The notes under the pieces were generated by a model, which was not told the DNA's origin, did no database searches, and saw only the letters and a list, made by a program, of their open reading frames with translations. A stretch of 64,000 nucleotides of DNA from Planctomycetaceae bacterium UBA7805 (GTDB lineage: Bacteria > Planctomycetota > Planctomycetia > Pirellulales > UBA7805), in assembly GCA_002480485.1 (NCBI GenBank), contig DLCF01000027.1:9936-73935 (forward strand), written 5' to 3'. Positions 34,121-43,860 of the stretch are shown piece after piece. Numbering within the stretch: the first letter of the stretch is position 1; every line of letters begins with the position of its first letter. Both the position numbers and the translations under genes were made by a program.

Positions 34121-35257
34121 TTAGAAATAAGATTGCAACGTCCCGCGTCTGCGAACGTCAAGCGTGGAGCAGTGAAAGGCACCGCCGTATACGTAGTGGT
34201 TGGTGTACGGACAAGGAATAGGCTTGAAACCCCATTCCCGAAATTTCTTGATCAGGGGCTCCTGACTTGCCTCGCAGATGACCCGTTTTTCATCGAGCAT
34301 TAACACATTCATACTCAGCCAAGCACTGCTAAGGTCGATCATTTGCACCATCGTGCTGACCGGTGCAGGTGCCGGAAGAAGCTCCCAACTTTTGAGTACC
34401 TCCGGGGCATCACTAGGATCAAAGAAATCGGGGCTGTAGAGGGCACGTCCTGGGCAGAGCGGCACGAAGGTCGTGTCAATATGCATCGGCTGACGAGATT
34501 TTGTTTTGATCTCATGAATTGAAAAGTCACCGCCAAGATGGCGACGGAGCCAATCGATGCCAAAACGATTGGTAACGTTGCTACGCGTTACGAACAGGTC
34601 GCGACCACAGCGGGCAAAATCGGCTGCATCAAAACAACACTCGGTTTCATTGATCGCAAATTGAAGTTGTTCTCCTTTTTCCGGAAGTTGCCATTTTTCA
34701 TTATAAAGCGAGTCGGCCAGACGAGGGCGAGGGGCAGCTGTCCACCGCGCACCCGCCTTAAAATATTCGTGAAGCAGACTGCGATAAGCGTTCATCTCAA
34801 AATAGCGACTACGCCATGCCATAGGCGTTTCTATAATCTCATCTCCAATGACCAACAGTCCGTCACGAGGATTAGCAATATTGTACGCTGACTCGACCTC
34901 CCAATCCGGAGTTCGAAAACTTTCCGTTTGAGCGATAGGATCGGGTCGCCTGACTTTTACGCCCTCTGCCTCGAGAATAGCAACGAATTCGGCTTGATCT
35001 CGCTGTGCTGCCTGAACCATGGCATCCGGTGCCGGTTTGCCCGAAAGCAATTTAAGCAGTTCCCAAGATTCTTGGGGCGTAGCTGCCTGCAGCGTGACAT
35101 GCCAAGGAGGAACCGCCCCGCCATCCACTCGGCCGACAATTACCTCCTCTAGCGGATCCCACTCGTTGAACGAGCAAACAACCGATTTTTCTAAGTTACT
35201 TCGTTGCGTTTCGGCAGCTTCCACGTCGGTTCCTGATTTGCTGCCAGCTATCGCCAT
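34121..35257 (-). CDS. Arginine:X amidinotransferase (AGAT / StrB1 family; glycine amidinotransferase-like)
   Basis: Near-colinear with vertebrate AGAT as I recall it: FNEWDPLEEVIVGR, VKVRRPDPI, EIIETPMAWRSRYFE, CFDAADFARCGRDLF, PMHIDTTF, WLSMNVLMLDEKRV, and the C-terminal GGAFHCSTLDVRRRGTLQSYF. The catalytic Cys, His and Asp positions are all present. Confidence 0.9.
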   Translation of the reverse strand: MAIAGSKSGTDVEAAETQRSNLEKSVVCSFNEWDPLEEVIVGRVDGGAVPPWHVTLQAATPQESWELLKLLSGKPAPDAMVQAAQRDQAEFVAILEAEGVKVRRPDPIAQTESFRTPDWEVESAYNIANPRDGLLVIGDEIIETPMAWRSRYFEMNAYRSLLHEYFKAGARWTAAPRPRLADSLYNEKWQLPEKGEQLQFAINETECCFDAADFARCGRDLFVTRSNVTNRFGIDWLRRHLGGDFSIHEIKTKSRQPMHIDTTFVPLCPGRALYSPDFFDPSDAPEVLKSWELLPAPAPVSTMVQMIDLSSAWLSMNVLMLDEKRVICEASQEPLIKKFREWGFKPIPCPYTNHYVYGGAFHCSTLDVRRRGTLQSYF

Positions 35258-35462
35258 CGATCCACCCTCGCTCAGATAACCTTGGGGACTTCTGCAACTG
35301 AACTCAGGCGGTGCCTGCCGTTCTGCTCAATCAAGTTAATTATGTTTAAAGACGCGGTCAAACCGCAGCTGGAAAAATGATGGTAAATTTAATCGGTTGG
35401 CTGTCATTTTTACCGGATGGGTAAACGATGCAGCCAAGGAGGCTCTTTGGATGCTGACCCAA

Positions 35463-37550
35463 TCAGCGATCTGAGTAAACCTTGGTGCTTTCTTCCTTGG
35501 TCACCGGCGTCTTTAAATCATCGCTCTGGATTTGAACCTGCACGCGCTGATCCCCCGGGTGTACACCCTGCGCACGCACCGTAAAGGTGGTGTCTGCTTT
35601 GGGTGCCAACCGCGGAAGCGGTTGAAATACCACCTGATTACCCTGTATTGAACCTTGAGTTGGTCCCTCTGTGGAAAGCGGCTTCAAGTCATCCGGCAAA
35701 AGTGCGGCGACGATAATGTTGCGCGCCACTTTGGTGCCTTGATTGAGCACCCGAATTTCATAGGCTGTATCGCGTCCGACTTCAACCGGATCCTCAAGAT
35801 CCACGACTTCGAAGAAGAGCGCTGAGAGGCCCTCCACCCGAACGGTCTCCTCACTCGAGTCACTCAACTCGCCGCGAGCCGTGCTCTCGACCCGCAACGT
35901 ATGGTCACCAGCCTCGGTCGGCAAGGTCACTAGTTGAACCTGACCCTGCTCACCCTCGGGAAGCTCCTGCAAGCTCCAGTAAACCGCATGCGTCGACGCA
36001 TCGTAATGACCGGCGTTATTGGCAGACACAAATTGCATCGCGCGAGGCAAACGGGATACTAACTCGATATCTTGCGCAGCCGCTGTTCCTGGATTTGCGA
36101 CCTTGACGGTGTATGTCGCCTGTCGCTCCAGATAACGGCGCCGAGGTCCGGAGATGGCAACGGACAATTGAGGTGCGATGATTTCAAACTCAAAATTCGC
36201 CTCCGCCGCTAGGCTTCCCTCGCCACGAGCCGACAGCACGTTTTTGACTACACCCGCACGGGCAGCAGTCATTACAAGGTTTATTTTCCGACTTTCTTTG
36301 GGTGCCAGATCACCAACAGCAAATTCCAAATCGGCGCCGGCAGGATGTCGCAACTCTCCCGGCAAGGTTTCAAACAGCACCACATCGCGGGCAATCCCAC
36401 TACCTAGATTGGCAACCGTGATATCGACCTGGATTTGATCGCCGATCATCACTTGCCCCACACTGCTGGCATCAATTTTTAGGAGGGGTCGCGTTGCCAG
36501 CGTGCGGGCAGATGCCCGTGTAGCAAATGTGACCGAAGCGACACTTCCGACTTCGCCCTCCGCTTCGGGCATGAGACGGACTTCAACAAATTTTTCCTGT
36601 CCAGGCTCAAAGTGCCCGAGATCCCAGACCACGCCACCCTGAACCGACTGTGCTGCCGGCTTCGTACTGAGCAGGCGTGTGCCATAGGGAATTTCGTCCC
36701 TCACCCGTACATCGTAGGCGGTGACATTGCCGCGATTGACAACCTTGATATCAAACGTCGTCGGTTTCCCGACTTGAATTTCCTGAGGAACTACCTTTTC
36801 AACGACCATCTGCGGCCCTTGGGGGCCCTCCTGGTGGCGACCACCCGGCCGCCCGATCGCGTCTGCCGATGCAGTTGCACCCGAGATTGCGGCGCTCACA
36901 GCGGACCCGGACGCGGACATATTGCCCCAACTTTTCGGCGACGCAGTGGCAACTGGGGGGGGTGGCGGTGTGGATGCGGTGGCACCCGTTGGCGGCGCTG
37001 TGTATCGATTTTGGGGATCGTTTACCGGGGAGACCGATGTCGGCGAGGTCGGATAACGCGGCGCCACAGTCGTTGATTTCAAAGGCTGTGCATTTTTCGC
37101 CTCTACTGGCAACGCACCCGGAGCAACGGTTGCCGGGGGGATATTCTGGTAACGGTCGCCGACCGTCGGCTGGGCATAGCGATTGGATGGCTCATTATCC
37201 TGGTTGTGGGCGGCAGTTGGGGGCGGCGCCAGACCAAAAGGATCGCGCTTCGCAAGATTCGCTGCCGGAGGAATGGAATCCTGAGTCGGTACTTCTGATG
37301 CTCTTGCGGCCTGATCAGCAGCAGCGGCAAAAGCGGCGCCTTGGTCAGTCACTACCGGTTGGGTCGGTTGGGAAAAGTTGTCGGTCTTTGTTAGAGGACG
37401 AACCTCTGCACCGGGGGGTGGCACTTCATCCTTTGCGGCGACCGAACGAATCACTGGGTCCTCCTGTGACCGCTGCACCTCGGCAATTGCGAACCAGCCG
37501 CATGCCATGCTACCAACCAAGATCGACAATCGAATTATCCAACGTTTCAT
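35463..37550 (-). CDS. Envelope protein with N-terminal signal/anchor, about 200-aa Pro/Ala-rich spacer and about four DUF11 (conserved repeat domain) beta-sandwich repeats
   Basis: N-terminus MKRWIIRLSILVGSMACGWFAIA. DUF11 cores are FDIKVVNRGNVTAYDVRVRDEIPYG, VDITVANLGSGIARDVVLFETLPGEL, YTVKVANPGTAAAQDIELVSRLPRAM and YEIRVLNQGTKVARNIIVAALLPDDL. It is a paralogue of the 47028-49613 gene. Confidence 0.75.
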   Translation of the reverse strand: MKRWIIRLSILVGSMACGWFAIAEVQRSQEDPVIRSVAAKDEVPPPGAEVRPLTKTDNFSQPTQPVVTDQGAAFAAAADQAARASEVPTQDSIPPAANLAKRDPFGLAPPPTAAHNQDNEPSNRYAQPTVGDRYQNIPPATVAPGALPVEAKNAQPLKSTTVAPRYPTSPTSVSPVNDPQNRYTAPPTGATASTPPPPPVATASPKSWGNMSASGSAVSAAISGATASADAIGRPGGRHQEGPQGPQMVVEKVVPQEIQVGKPTTFDIKVVNRGNVTAYDVRVRDEIPYGTRLLSTKPAAQSVQGGVVWDLGHFEPGQEKFVEVRLMPEAEGEVGSVASVTFATRASARTLATRPLLKIDASSVGQVMIGDQIQVDITVANLGSGIARDVVLFETLPGELRHPAGADLEFAVGDLAPKESRKINLVMTAARAGVVKNVLSARGEGSLAAEANFEFEIIAPQLSVAISGPRRRYLERQATYTVKVANPGTAAAQDIELVSRLPRAMQFVSANNAGHYDASTHAVYWSLQELPEGEQGQVQLVTLPTEAGDHTLRVESTARGELSDSSEETVRVEGLSALFFEVVDLEDPVEVGRDTAYEIRVLNQGTKVARNIIVAALLPDDLKPLSTEGPTQGSIQGNQVVFQPLPRLAPKADTTFTVRAQGVHPGDQRVQVQIQSDDLKTPVTKEESTKVYSDR

Positions 37551-37697
37551 GGGATTTCCCTAATCCTATTTCATTGCTTTCGATTTCATCGCACCTTTGC
37601 TCCCAGCCAAGCAATTGGCGCATGGCACTGTTGGGAAGGGTAAGTACCAAAATCTTGCGGGAAGATGGAAGGCCAAATTCTTTGGAAATTGCCTCGT

Positions 37698-38942
37698 TCA
37701 GTCGACCGATTCTGCCGCCAGGCAGCGGCCGATCTGCCTAACCGCCTGGCGCAGACGGTTTTCATTCTCGACGAGCGAAAGCCTGAGAAAACCCTCGCCC
37801 GCGGGGCCGAAGCCAGTGCCAGGACTGACAGCAACGTCCCCTTTCTCCAACAGCATGGTCGCAAATTGAATCGAATCCATCTTGGATCGCCACGGCTCGG
37901 GAATCGGTACCCAACAAAACATTCCGGCCCGAGGTGGAGAGGCCTCCCACCCCAGACGATGCAGTCCCGCGCAGAGCACATCCCGTCGTTTTTGATAGAT
38001 CTCGCTCTGCCGGGTGACAGCAGCCTCAGTGTGTCGCAAGGCCATGATGGCCGCAACCTGAACAGGAGAAAAAAGACCGTAATCGTAGTAGGCTTTTATT
38101 GTGCCCAGCGCACGCACCATGTCAGGATGCCCGCAGCAGAAGCCGACCCTCCATCCGGCCATGTTATACCCTTTACTCATCGTGGTGAATTCAACACCGA
38201 CATCTTTCGCGCCCTGGGCGGCCAGAAAACTAGGAGGCTGATACCCCTCGAATGCAACATCTGCGTATGCGAAATCACTAATTACGTAAAAACCATATCG
38301 TTTTGCAAGGGCCACCACTTCATCAAAGAATTCGGCCTCGACCGTCACGGCAGAGGGGTTGTGCGGATAATTGACCACGAGCAACTTCGGCTTGGGAAAC
38401 AGGTGTTGACACGTATAAGCAATGTTGGACAGAAATTGTTGGCTGTCGGCAACTTCAAGCGCAATCGTATTGCCTGAGGCGAGCATCACAGCATAGGCAT
38501 GCACTGGAAAGTACGGCGCTGGAACAATGGCCGTATCGCCTGGTCCCATCAGAGCTAGGCACATGTGACTAAAGCCCTCTTTGGAGCCGATACAAACCAT
38601 TGCCTCAGAATCGGGATCGATCCTCACCCCGTATCGCGTAAGATATTTGCTAGCAACCTCCTGCCGTAGCTTCTGCAGCCCTGCGGCTTGACTGTAGCCA
38701 TGATTTCGCGGATCACGCGCTGTCTCGACCAGCTTTTCAACCACCAGATCTTCGGGGGGATCCGAGGGATTTCCCATCCCCAGGTCAATGACGTCACTTC
38801 CCGCGCGTCGCTTTTCGAGCAGCAATTTATTAATTCTGCCGAACAGGTACGGTGGAAGACGGTGAACCCGAGCTGCGACTTTGACGTCAAACGGCAGGGA
38901 ATAATCGACCGGATTGTCGGAGCCGGCTTTATCAACTGACAT
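37698..38942 (-). CDS. Class I/II PLP aminotransferase (AlaC/AspC-like)
   Basis: [33 protein letters not shown], the PLP Lys in [15 protein letters not shown], and the C-terminal R in FLRLSL. ATG 38942 (MSVDKAG) was preferred over the track start at 39011. Confidence 0.85.
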   Translation of the reverse strand: MSVDKAGSDNPVDYSLPFDVKVAARVHRLPPYLFGRINKLLLEKRRAGSDVIDLGMGNPSDPPEDLVVEKLVETARDPRNHGYSQAAGLQKLRQEVASKYLTRYGVRIDPDSEAMVCIGSKEGFSHMCLALMGPGDTAIVPAPYFPVHAYAVMLASGNTIALEVADSQQFLSNIAYTCQHLFPKPKLLVVNYPHNPSAVTVEAEFFDEVVALAKRYGFYVISDFAYADVAFEGYQPPSFLAAQGAKDVGVEFTTMSKGYNMAGWRVGFCCGHPDMVRALGTIKAYYDYGLFSPVQVAAIMALRHTEAAVTRQSEIYQKRRDVLCAGLHRLGWEASPPRAGMFCWVPIPEPWRSKMDSIQFATMLLEKGDVAVSPGTGFGPAGEGFLRLSLVENENRLRQAVRQIGRCLAAESVD

Positions 38943-39031
38943 CGGGGAAACCTCTTCGCTTGCGAGATGAGAAACTTCAGGATAACTCGACCCCACAATT
39001 TTTCCACCCACCGGATGGTACTTGCCGCTGT

Positions 39032-40939
39032 CTAACCTTGATTGTCTGTGGCCGCGGACCGGGCATTCAATTTTTTGATCTTTGAGGCGGGGGATCGGGA
39101 AAGCTCAGGATAAAGCATATTTTCCACACTAGCCCGCTCAAGAATCTGGTCGAAACGCCGCGACATCATAACGCGATGTTTCTTTTCTAGAATATCATTA
39201 TAGAGTACATCTTGCACTTCCTCCGGATCGACCTCGACCGGTTTGGTCACACCCTCACACAATATAAATATGTACTTGTCGCCCACTTGAATCACGCCGG
39301 AATGCTCTCCCTGTTTCAGTCGAAACGCCTCCTTTTCGAGCGCGGGTTGTCCACCGTGCCTCTGAATCGGCGGCACGACGCCCCCCAAAGATTTTCCACC
39401 TGGATCGATGGAATACTGGCTGGCTAGCTCGGCAAAGTTTTCTACTGACGGTCGGGCACGATACATGGCCCACACCTCTTGCGCCCGTCGTAGATTGTCC
39501 ATCACGATCGCTCGGCACCGCACTCGGGGCCCGTAATTTGCATCATAAGCTTTCTGTAAATCTTCGTCTGTGACTTCAACTTCGGCGGAAACTAATTTTC
39601 TCAAGGCAACACTAGGCCACACAATCTTTTCAAGATATGCCGACTGGGAGACATTCTGCTGTTCCTGCATGATGGTATACCACCTAGAGAAGTCCACATT
39701 CCCTTGCTGGTCAGTCACTCCGGCCGCCTGGGCCGCACGAGTTACTTCCTCGTCGAGGTCGAGTTTACTAACCTGAATTCCCGAGCGGCTCACTTCCATT
39801 TCAATCAGTTGACGATTAATCAATCCGTTTAAAACCTCTTTACCGTGGCGGGAGATACAAGCCTCTGCCAATTCATCGGTCGTAATCGAATGCCCATTGA
39901 TGGTAGCTGCCACTCCCGGCATACGTTGACGAAGATTTTCATCATTAAGTATGTTCTTGACATTTGCCCTCTCCTGCAGCAACCGGAATAATTCGGTCCC
40001 GGCTTGATGCAACTTGCGATCACGGATCGATTCTGTGATGGCACTTCGCATTTGTTGGAGCTGGGCATCACTCGGCAATTTTGCCGGTAGCTGAGACACA
40101 CATTGCATCACCACGTATTGATCACCAACCGCAATTACCTCCGAAATTTGATCAACACCTAAACCGAAAGCGACCGCTTCAATCGTCGGTTCGCCAATGT
40201 GTCGACGAATCGGTTGCACGAGACCACCGGAGCTCGCGCTATTGATGTCAATCGAGTGTTTTACGGCAAGACTTGCAAAGCTATCCGGATCGGCAGTCGC
40301 AACACCGCGGATTTTTTCTGCCTGCTGCCGATCTTTGAGTACAATCATCCTGACTTGAACTCGGGGGCCGAACTGCGACTCAATCTCTTTCTGAATTTCG
40401 TCTTCGCTCACAGCAAGTTGCTTGCGGGCCAACCGCCGAAGCGCGACGGTGGGCCAGATAATTTCCTGTCGGTAACGATCAGCAGGGATATCCCGTTCGC
40501 TTTGCAGCAGCGTCAACCATTGATCGACCGGCAAACCGAATCTGCGAGACACGCGGTCGATTTCCGCATCAATCTCCTCCTCCGAGATACGGATATTTTG
40601 TTTTTCACACTCTAAGGCGATGAGTTGCCGGTTCATGACGGTCTCCAGCACACTTTCGCCATGATCTCGGAGGCATTCCTCGGCGAGACGCTTTCTTGAA
40701 ATTGATCTTCCATTGACATTGGCGACCCATCGTCTGCCCTTAGTATCTGCGGATTGGCCGTTTGACTGATCCGACGATACGGAAGAACGTGAGCGGGCTT
40801 GGGCTGCCGGCAAGCCGGCATTCCACCGCATTACAAGACAAGCCCCGAGAATCATGCATCCGCTACCGAACAGCAGCATCACACGCCGGGGGCGATTTAC
40901 TGGGGTCTGAGATTGGGTCTTACCAGACGTTGAACGCAT
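39032..40939 (-). CDS. SurA/PrsA-like periplasmic chaperone with two parvulin-type peptidyl-prolyl isomerase domains
   Basis: N-terminal anchor [18 protein letters not shown]. Two rotamase domains are present (VQVRMIVL...[22 protein letters not shown]...[10 protein letters not shown] and VRCRAIVM...[22 protein letters not shown]...[10 protein letters not shown]), each preceded by SurA-N-like helices. ATG 40939 has GGAGGA upstream. Confidence 0.8.
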   Translation of the reverse strand: MRSTSGKTQSQTPVNRPRRVMLLFGSGCMILGACLVMRWNAGLPAAQARSRSSVSSDQSNGQSADTKGRRWVANVNGRSISRKRLAEECLRDHGESVLETVMNRQLIALECEKQNIRISEEEIDAEIDRVSRRFGLPVDQWLTLLQSERDIPADRYRQEIIWPTVALRRLARKQLAVSEDEIQKEIESQFGPRVQVRMIVLKDRQQAEKIRGVATADPDSFASLAVKHSIDINSASSGGLVQPIRRHIGEPTIEAVAFGLGVDQISEVIAVGDQYVVMQCVSQLPAKLPSDAQLQQMRSAITESIRDRKLHQAGTELFRLLQERANVKNILNDENLRQRMPGVAATINGHSITTDELAEACISRHGKEVLNGLINRQLIEMEVSRSGIQVSKLDLDEEVTRAAQAAGVTDQQGNVDFSRWYTIMQEQQNVSQSAYLEKIVWPSVALRKLVSAEVEVTDEDLQKAYDANYGPRVRCRAIVMDNLRRAQEVWAMYRARPSVENFAELASQYSIDPGGKSLGGVVPPIQRHGGQPALEKEAFRLKQGEHSGVIQVGDKYIFILCEGVTKPVEVDPEEVQDVLYNDILEKKHRVMMSRRFDQILERASVENMLYPELSRSPASKIKKLNARSAATDNQG

Positions 40940-41029
40940 GACGGTTCCTCCTTCAACCGTTTTCAACCGAAAGATCGCAAATCCGGGCTTCGATGCCACG
41001 GAACGGGAGCGAGATGATAGGATGAGAGA

Positions 41030-41056
41030 AACCGCAGGTCAAGTCAGACTGCGGTT
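41030..41056. promoter_or_regulatory. 8-bp perfect hairpin in the divergent PPIase / RmlD-like intergenic region
   Basis: AACCGCAG (41030-41037) pairs with CTGCGGTT (41049-41056) around an 11-nt loop. There is no flanking T-run on either strand, so it is not a terminator. Confidence 0.2.
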
Positions 41057-41147
41057 CCCTCTGGCATACAGGCAGCAATGCAAGCTATGCTGGCCATAAT
41101 AAGTTGCACGAGCGTGATCCATTTTGGCGACTGTCTACCATTCTACC

Positions 41148-42170
41148 ATGGATACTCCCACACAGGAATTTCCTTTGCCGCTATTGATCACGGGTGTAGC
41201 CGGTGTAGCTGGATACAATGCCCTGCATTATTTCCGCAGCAGATTTCCCGGCCAGGTTGTAGGCATCCGGCAAAAAAATAAGTGGCCATTGGTTGGTCCT
41301 GATATCGAAGCGTGCGATGCGGAGGATCGAGAAACGCTCCGGCGACTTTTTGATCATTACGATTTCAAATCCGTACTAGACTGCGCGGGGAACTGCGCGC
41401 TGAAATCGTGTGAACTTGACCCGTCGCTGGCATGGCGAACCAACGTGGAAGGAGTCAGGCATTTACTTGATGTGATCGAAGGCACCGACATCCGCCTGGT
41501 TCATCTGTCGATCGATCTTGTCTTTTCAGGCAATCGCGACGGGTTGCATCACGAGCGGGATGTCACCGATCCGGTGACCGAATATGGGCACTCGATGGCT
41601 GCTGCCGAGCGTCTAATTCTCTGGGCACGGCCTGAGTCCTGCATTCTACGGATTTCACTGCCGATGGGCATCAGTTACAGCGGGCATGCTGGAGCAATTG
41701 ACTGGATCAAGTGGCGGTTTGAGCATGGTAGGCCGGCAACGCTTTATTTTGACGAGATTCGCACCCCCAGCTACACCGATTGTATGAATCAGCTGTACGA
41801 AACCGCATTCCGCCGAAAGCTACAGGGCCTCTTTCACGCCGGGGGAGCACGCAGACTCAGCCTCTATCAAATCGCACAGATCGTCAATTGTGTTGGTGGC
41901 TACGATCCAGCTTTGCTTAAAGGTTGTTATCGAAAAGAGGCGGGTCCAATGCCGCCAAGAGCCGGAAATGTTTCACTCGACTCGAGCAAGCTTCAGCGAG
42001 TCCTAGGCTATCAGCCGCTAACATCTTGGCCTGCCGACCCGCAGTTGCTTCCGGCCGATCGCCATTGGCATCGTGAGCCGCCAAAATCGATTAGCGGGTC
42101 ACCCCAACTGTTGGCCGAGAAACTTTATCATCATGCGCCTCTGCAGACTTTGGAAATTGCAGCGGTGTGA
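41148..42170 (+). CDS. RmlD-substrate-binding-type SDR (dTDP-4-dehydrorhamnose reductase-like sugar-nucleotide reductase/epimerase)
   Basis: LLITGVAGVAGYNALHYF glycine-rich NAD motif, AGNCAL..CE, VHLSIDLVF, and YGHSMAAAE (YxxxK-like region with a degenerate K). ATG 41148; the track start at 41124 is TTG. Confidence 0.65.
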   Translation: MDTPTQEFPLPLLITGVAGVAGYNALHYFRSRFPGQVVGIRQKNKWPLVGPDIEACDAEDRETLRRLFDHYDFKSVLDCAGNCALKSCELDPSLAWRTNVEGVRHLLDVIEGTDIRLVHLSIDLVFSGNRDGLHHERDVTDPVTEYGHSMAAAERLILWARPESCILRISLPMGISYSGHAGAIDWIKWRFEHGRPATLYFDEIRTPSYTDCMNQLYETAFRRKLQGLFHAGGARRLSLYQIAQIVNCVGGYDPALLKGCYRKEAGPMPPRAGNVSLDSSKLQRVLGYQPLTSWPADPQLLPADRHWHREPPKSISGSPQLLAEKLYHHAPLQTLEIAAV

Positions 42171-42197
42171 TTAATATCCATGTTGGAAACGTGCGGT

Positions 42198-42806
42198 TTA
42201 TCGAGTCATTCCAAGCCGTTCGAAGAGCAGCAGCCCGACAATCGTCTTGGCATCGGTGATCTGCCCATTGAAGATCATTTCGACCGCCTCGCGTAACGTG
42301 AGTAAATAATTTTCAATTTGTTCATCCTTCTCTAACGCTGGTGTCCCCCCAGTTAATCCACGGGCGACAAAAAAGGACACTTTTTCCCGCAGAATGCCCG
42401 GTGACATCCAACAGGATCCAAGCGGCACCATGGTCTCTGCAGAAAATCCAGTCTCTTCACGCAGTTCTCGCGTTGCGGTCACACGTGGCGATTCGCCGAC
42501 TTCCTGCGTGCCGGCGGGTAATTCCAGTAAGGTCTCACCTACCGCCATTCTTCGATTTTTAATCAAACATAGTCGCTCAGCATCGACAATCGGAATAATG
42601 GCCACAGCACCAGGGTGAACAATAATTTCTTGACAAACCGGTCCCTCGGCACGTTGCTCGGTGCGTTCAATTACGCGAAACTTTCTGGCTTGTAACAATT
42701 GACGGTCGGAAGGCCCCACCTGAATACCCTTCGAAAAAACACCTGTGATTTGCCGGTTCAAATCGTACTTGCTACGATGCAAAGTTGACAGTCCCTTGCA
42801 TTTCAT
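42198..42806 (-). CDS. NUDIX hydrolase (ADP-ribose pyrophosphatase-like)
   Basis: The Nudix box GETLLELPAGTQEVGESPRVTATRELREETGF matches Gx5Ex7REUxEExGU. HPGAVAIIP lies upstream of it. Confidence 0.82.
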   Translation of the reverse strand: MKCKGLSTLHRSKYDLNRQITGVFSKGIQVGPSDRQLLQARKFRVIERTEQRAEGPVCQEIIVHPGAVAIIPIVDAERLCLIKNRRMAVGETLLELPAGTQEVGESPRVTATRELREETGFSAETMVPLGSCWMSPGILREKVSFFVARGLTGGTPALEKDEQIENYLLTLREAVEMIFNGQITDAKTIVGLLLFERLGMTR

Positions 42807-42817
42807 GGCACGGTCCG

Positions 42818-43846
42818 ATGCAACATGCCATCACTTTAGGTAGCGTTCCTCTCGGAAGATACAATGGTCTCCCTCTCCGACTGCACATCTCGTTTGTGCT
42901 GGTCGGTATCTTTGTTTTGTTTTTCCAGGTCCAATCCGGTGGTAACCATCTAGGAAAAACAGGGGTTATCCTGCTGATCTGGTTTGCCGCAGTTTTACTC
43001 CATGAAGCAGGTCACTGTTTCTTGGTACATCGCATCGGGGGAAACAATGAGATGCTGGTTCTCACGCCGTTTGGAGGATTGAGCTTTCACTCGTTTCCCC
43101 AACAGGCTGGAAAAGATTTGTGGGTTGCGCTCAGTGGACCACTGATGAGTTTTATTGGCTTTACGATGTCGATCGTAGCCCTCGGATTGTTTGGTGATGC
43201 AGCGCTTACAGGCCTGTGGGACGACGGGAATCCCAATTTTTCTGCCGAAGTGTTACCAATCGCGGCGCTTCGCCTGTCGGTCTGGATCAATCTGGGATTG
43301 GTTCTGGTGAACATTCTACCCGCAATTCCCTTGGATGGTGGGTGGATTCTGCATGCACTGCTCTGGCCCGCCTTGGGCGATCACAGGTCATGGCATGTTG
43401 TTCGCAGATCTTCACAAACAACTGCCTTGGGAATTTTTGTGTTGGCCCTTGTGACGGGATTACTCGACCTGATGATCGGTAATATGCCGTTATGGCTTCC
43501 ATTAACAATCCTAGCTGCCTACTGCTTTTGCTTTTCCTCAGCACCTCTCTCGTTACATCCACTAGATCGCGGGAGCTATGCGGGGGAGGATCCCACAGCA
43601 GATTCATCCCTGCGACCTCACAAGGTAACGGTCGGCAACAGCAATCCGCAACAACACGAGCTCTCTCTTGAGGAACAAATGTTACTTCTTCCCACGACCG
43701 AGGAATCGCAAAATGAGAAGGCAGACTCTGCGGTGGATGAAGTGCTGCAATGTGTCTATGACCGCGGATTGGCATCACTGACAACAGCGCAGAGAAAAGT
43801 TTTGCAAGAAGCCGCTAAAAGATATCGTTCGCGCATACCGAAATAA
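42818..43846 (+). CDS. Site-2 protease family (peptidase M50B) membrane metalloprotease with cytoplasmic C-terminal tail
   Basis: HEAGHCFLVH zinc motif in TM and VNILPAIPLDGGW (NxxPxxxLDG) motif. ATG 42818; the TTG 42785 track start would overlap the divergent Nudix gene. Confidence 0.75.
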   Translation: MQHAITLGSVPLGRYNGLPLRLHISFVLVGIFVLFFQVQSGGNHLGKTGVILLIWFAAVLLHEAGHCFLVHRIGGNNEMLVLTPFGGLSFHSFPQQAGKDLWVALSGPLMSFIGFTMSIVALGLFGDAALTGLWDDGNPNFSAEVLPIAALRLSVWINLGLVLVNILPAIPLDGGWILHALLWPALGDHRSWHVVRRSSQTTALGIFVLALVTGLLDLMIGNMPLWLPLTILAAYCFCFSSAPLSLHPLDRGSYAGEDPTADSSLRPHKVTVGNSNPQQHELSLEEQMLLLPTTEESQNEKADSAVDEVLQCVYDRGLASLTTAQRKVLQEAAKRYRSRIPK

Positions 43847-43860
43847 ATTAAGCTGCAGCC

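Noticed and set aside
22307-35257. The idea that the 22-35 kb lipid-related region is a horizontally acquired island
   Set aside because: There is no flanking tRNA, integrase, transposase or direct repeats. Apart from the AT-rich 30.9-31.4 kb intergenic region, composition and codon style look like the rest of the window by eye. A proper k-mer/GC analysis would be needed to decide.
36869-37741. 290-aa plus-strand ORF antisense to the DUF11 protein A gene, running through the intergenic gap into the aminotransferase gene
   Set aside because: It is Arg/Pro/Ser-rich with no motifs. It mirrors the Pro/Ala-rich coding strand opposite, crosses a gene boundary, and overlaps two well-supported minus-strand genes. 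This is a typical shadow ORF.
37665-38477. 270-aa plus-strand ORF antisense to the class I aminotransferase gene
   Set aside because: The opposite strand encodes a full-length aminotransferase with all motifs. This ORF has no recognisable domain and a skewed Arg-rich composition.
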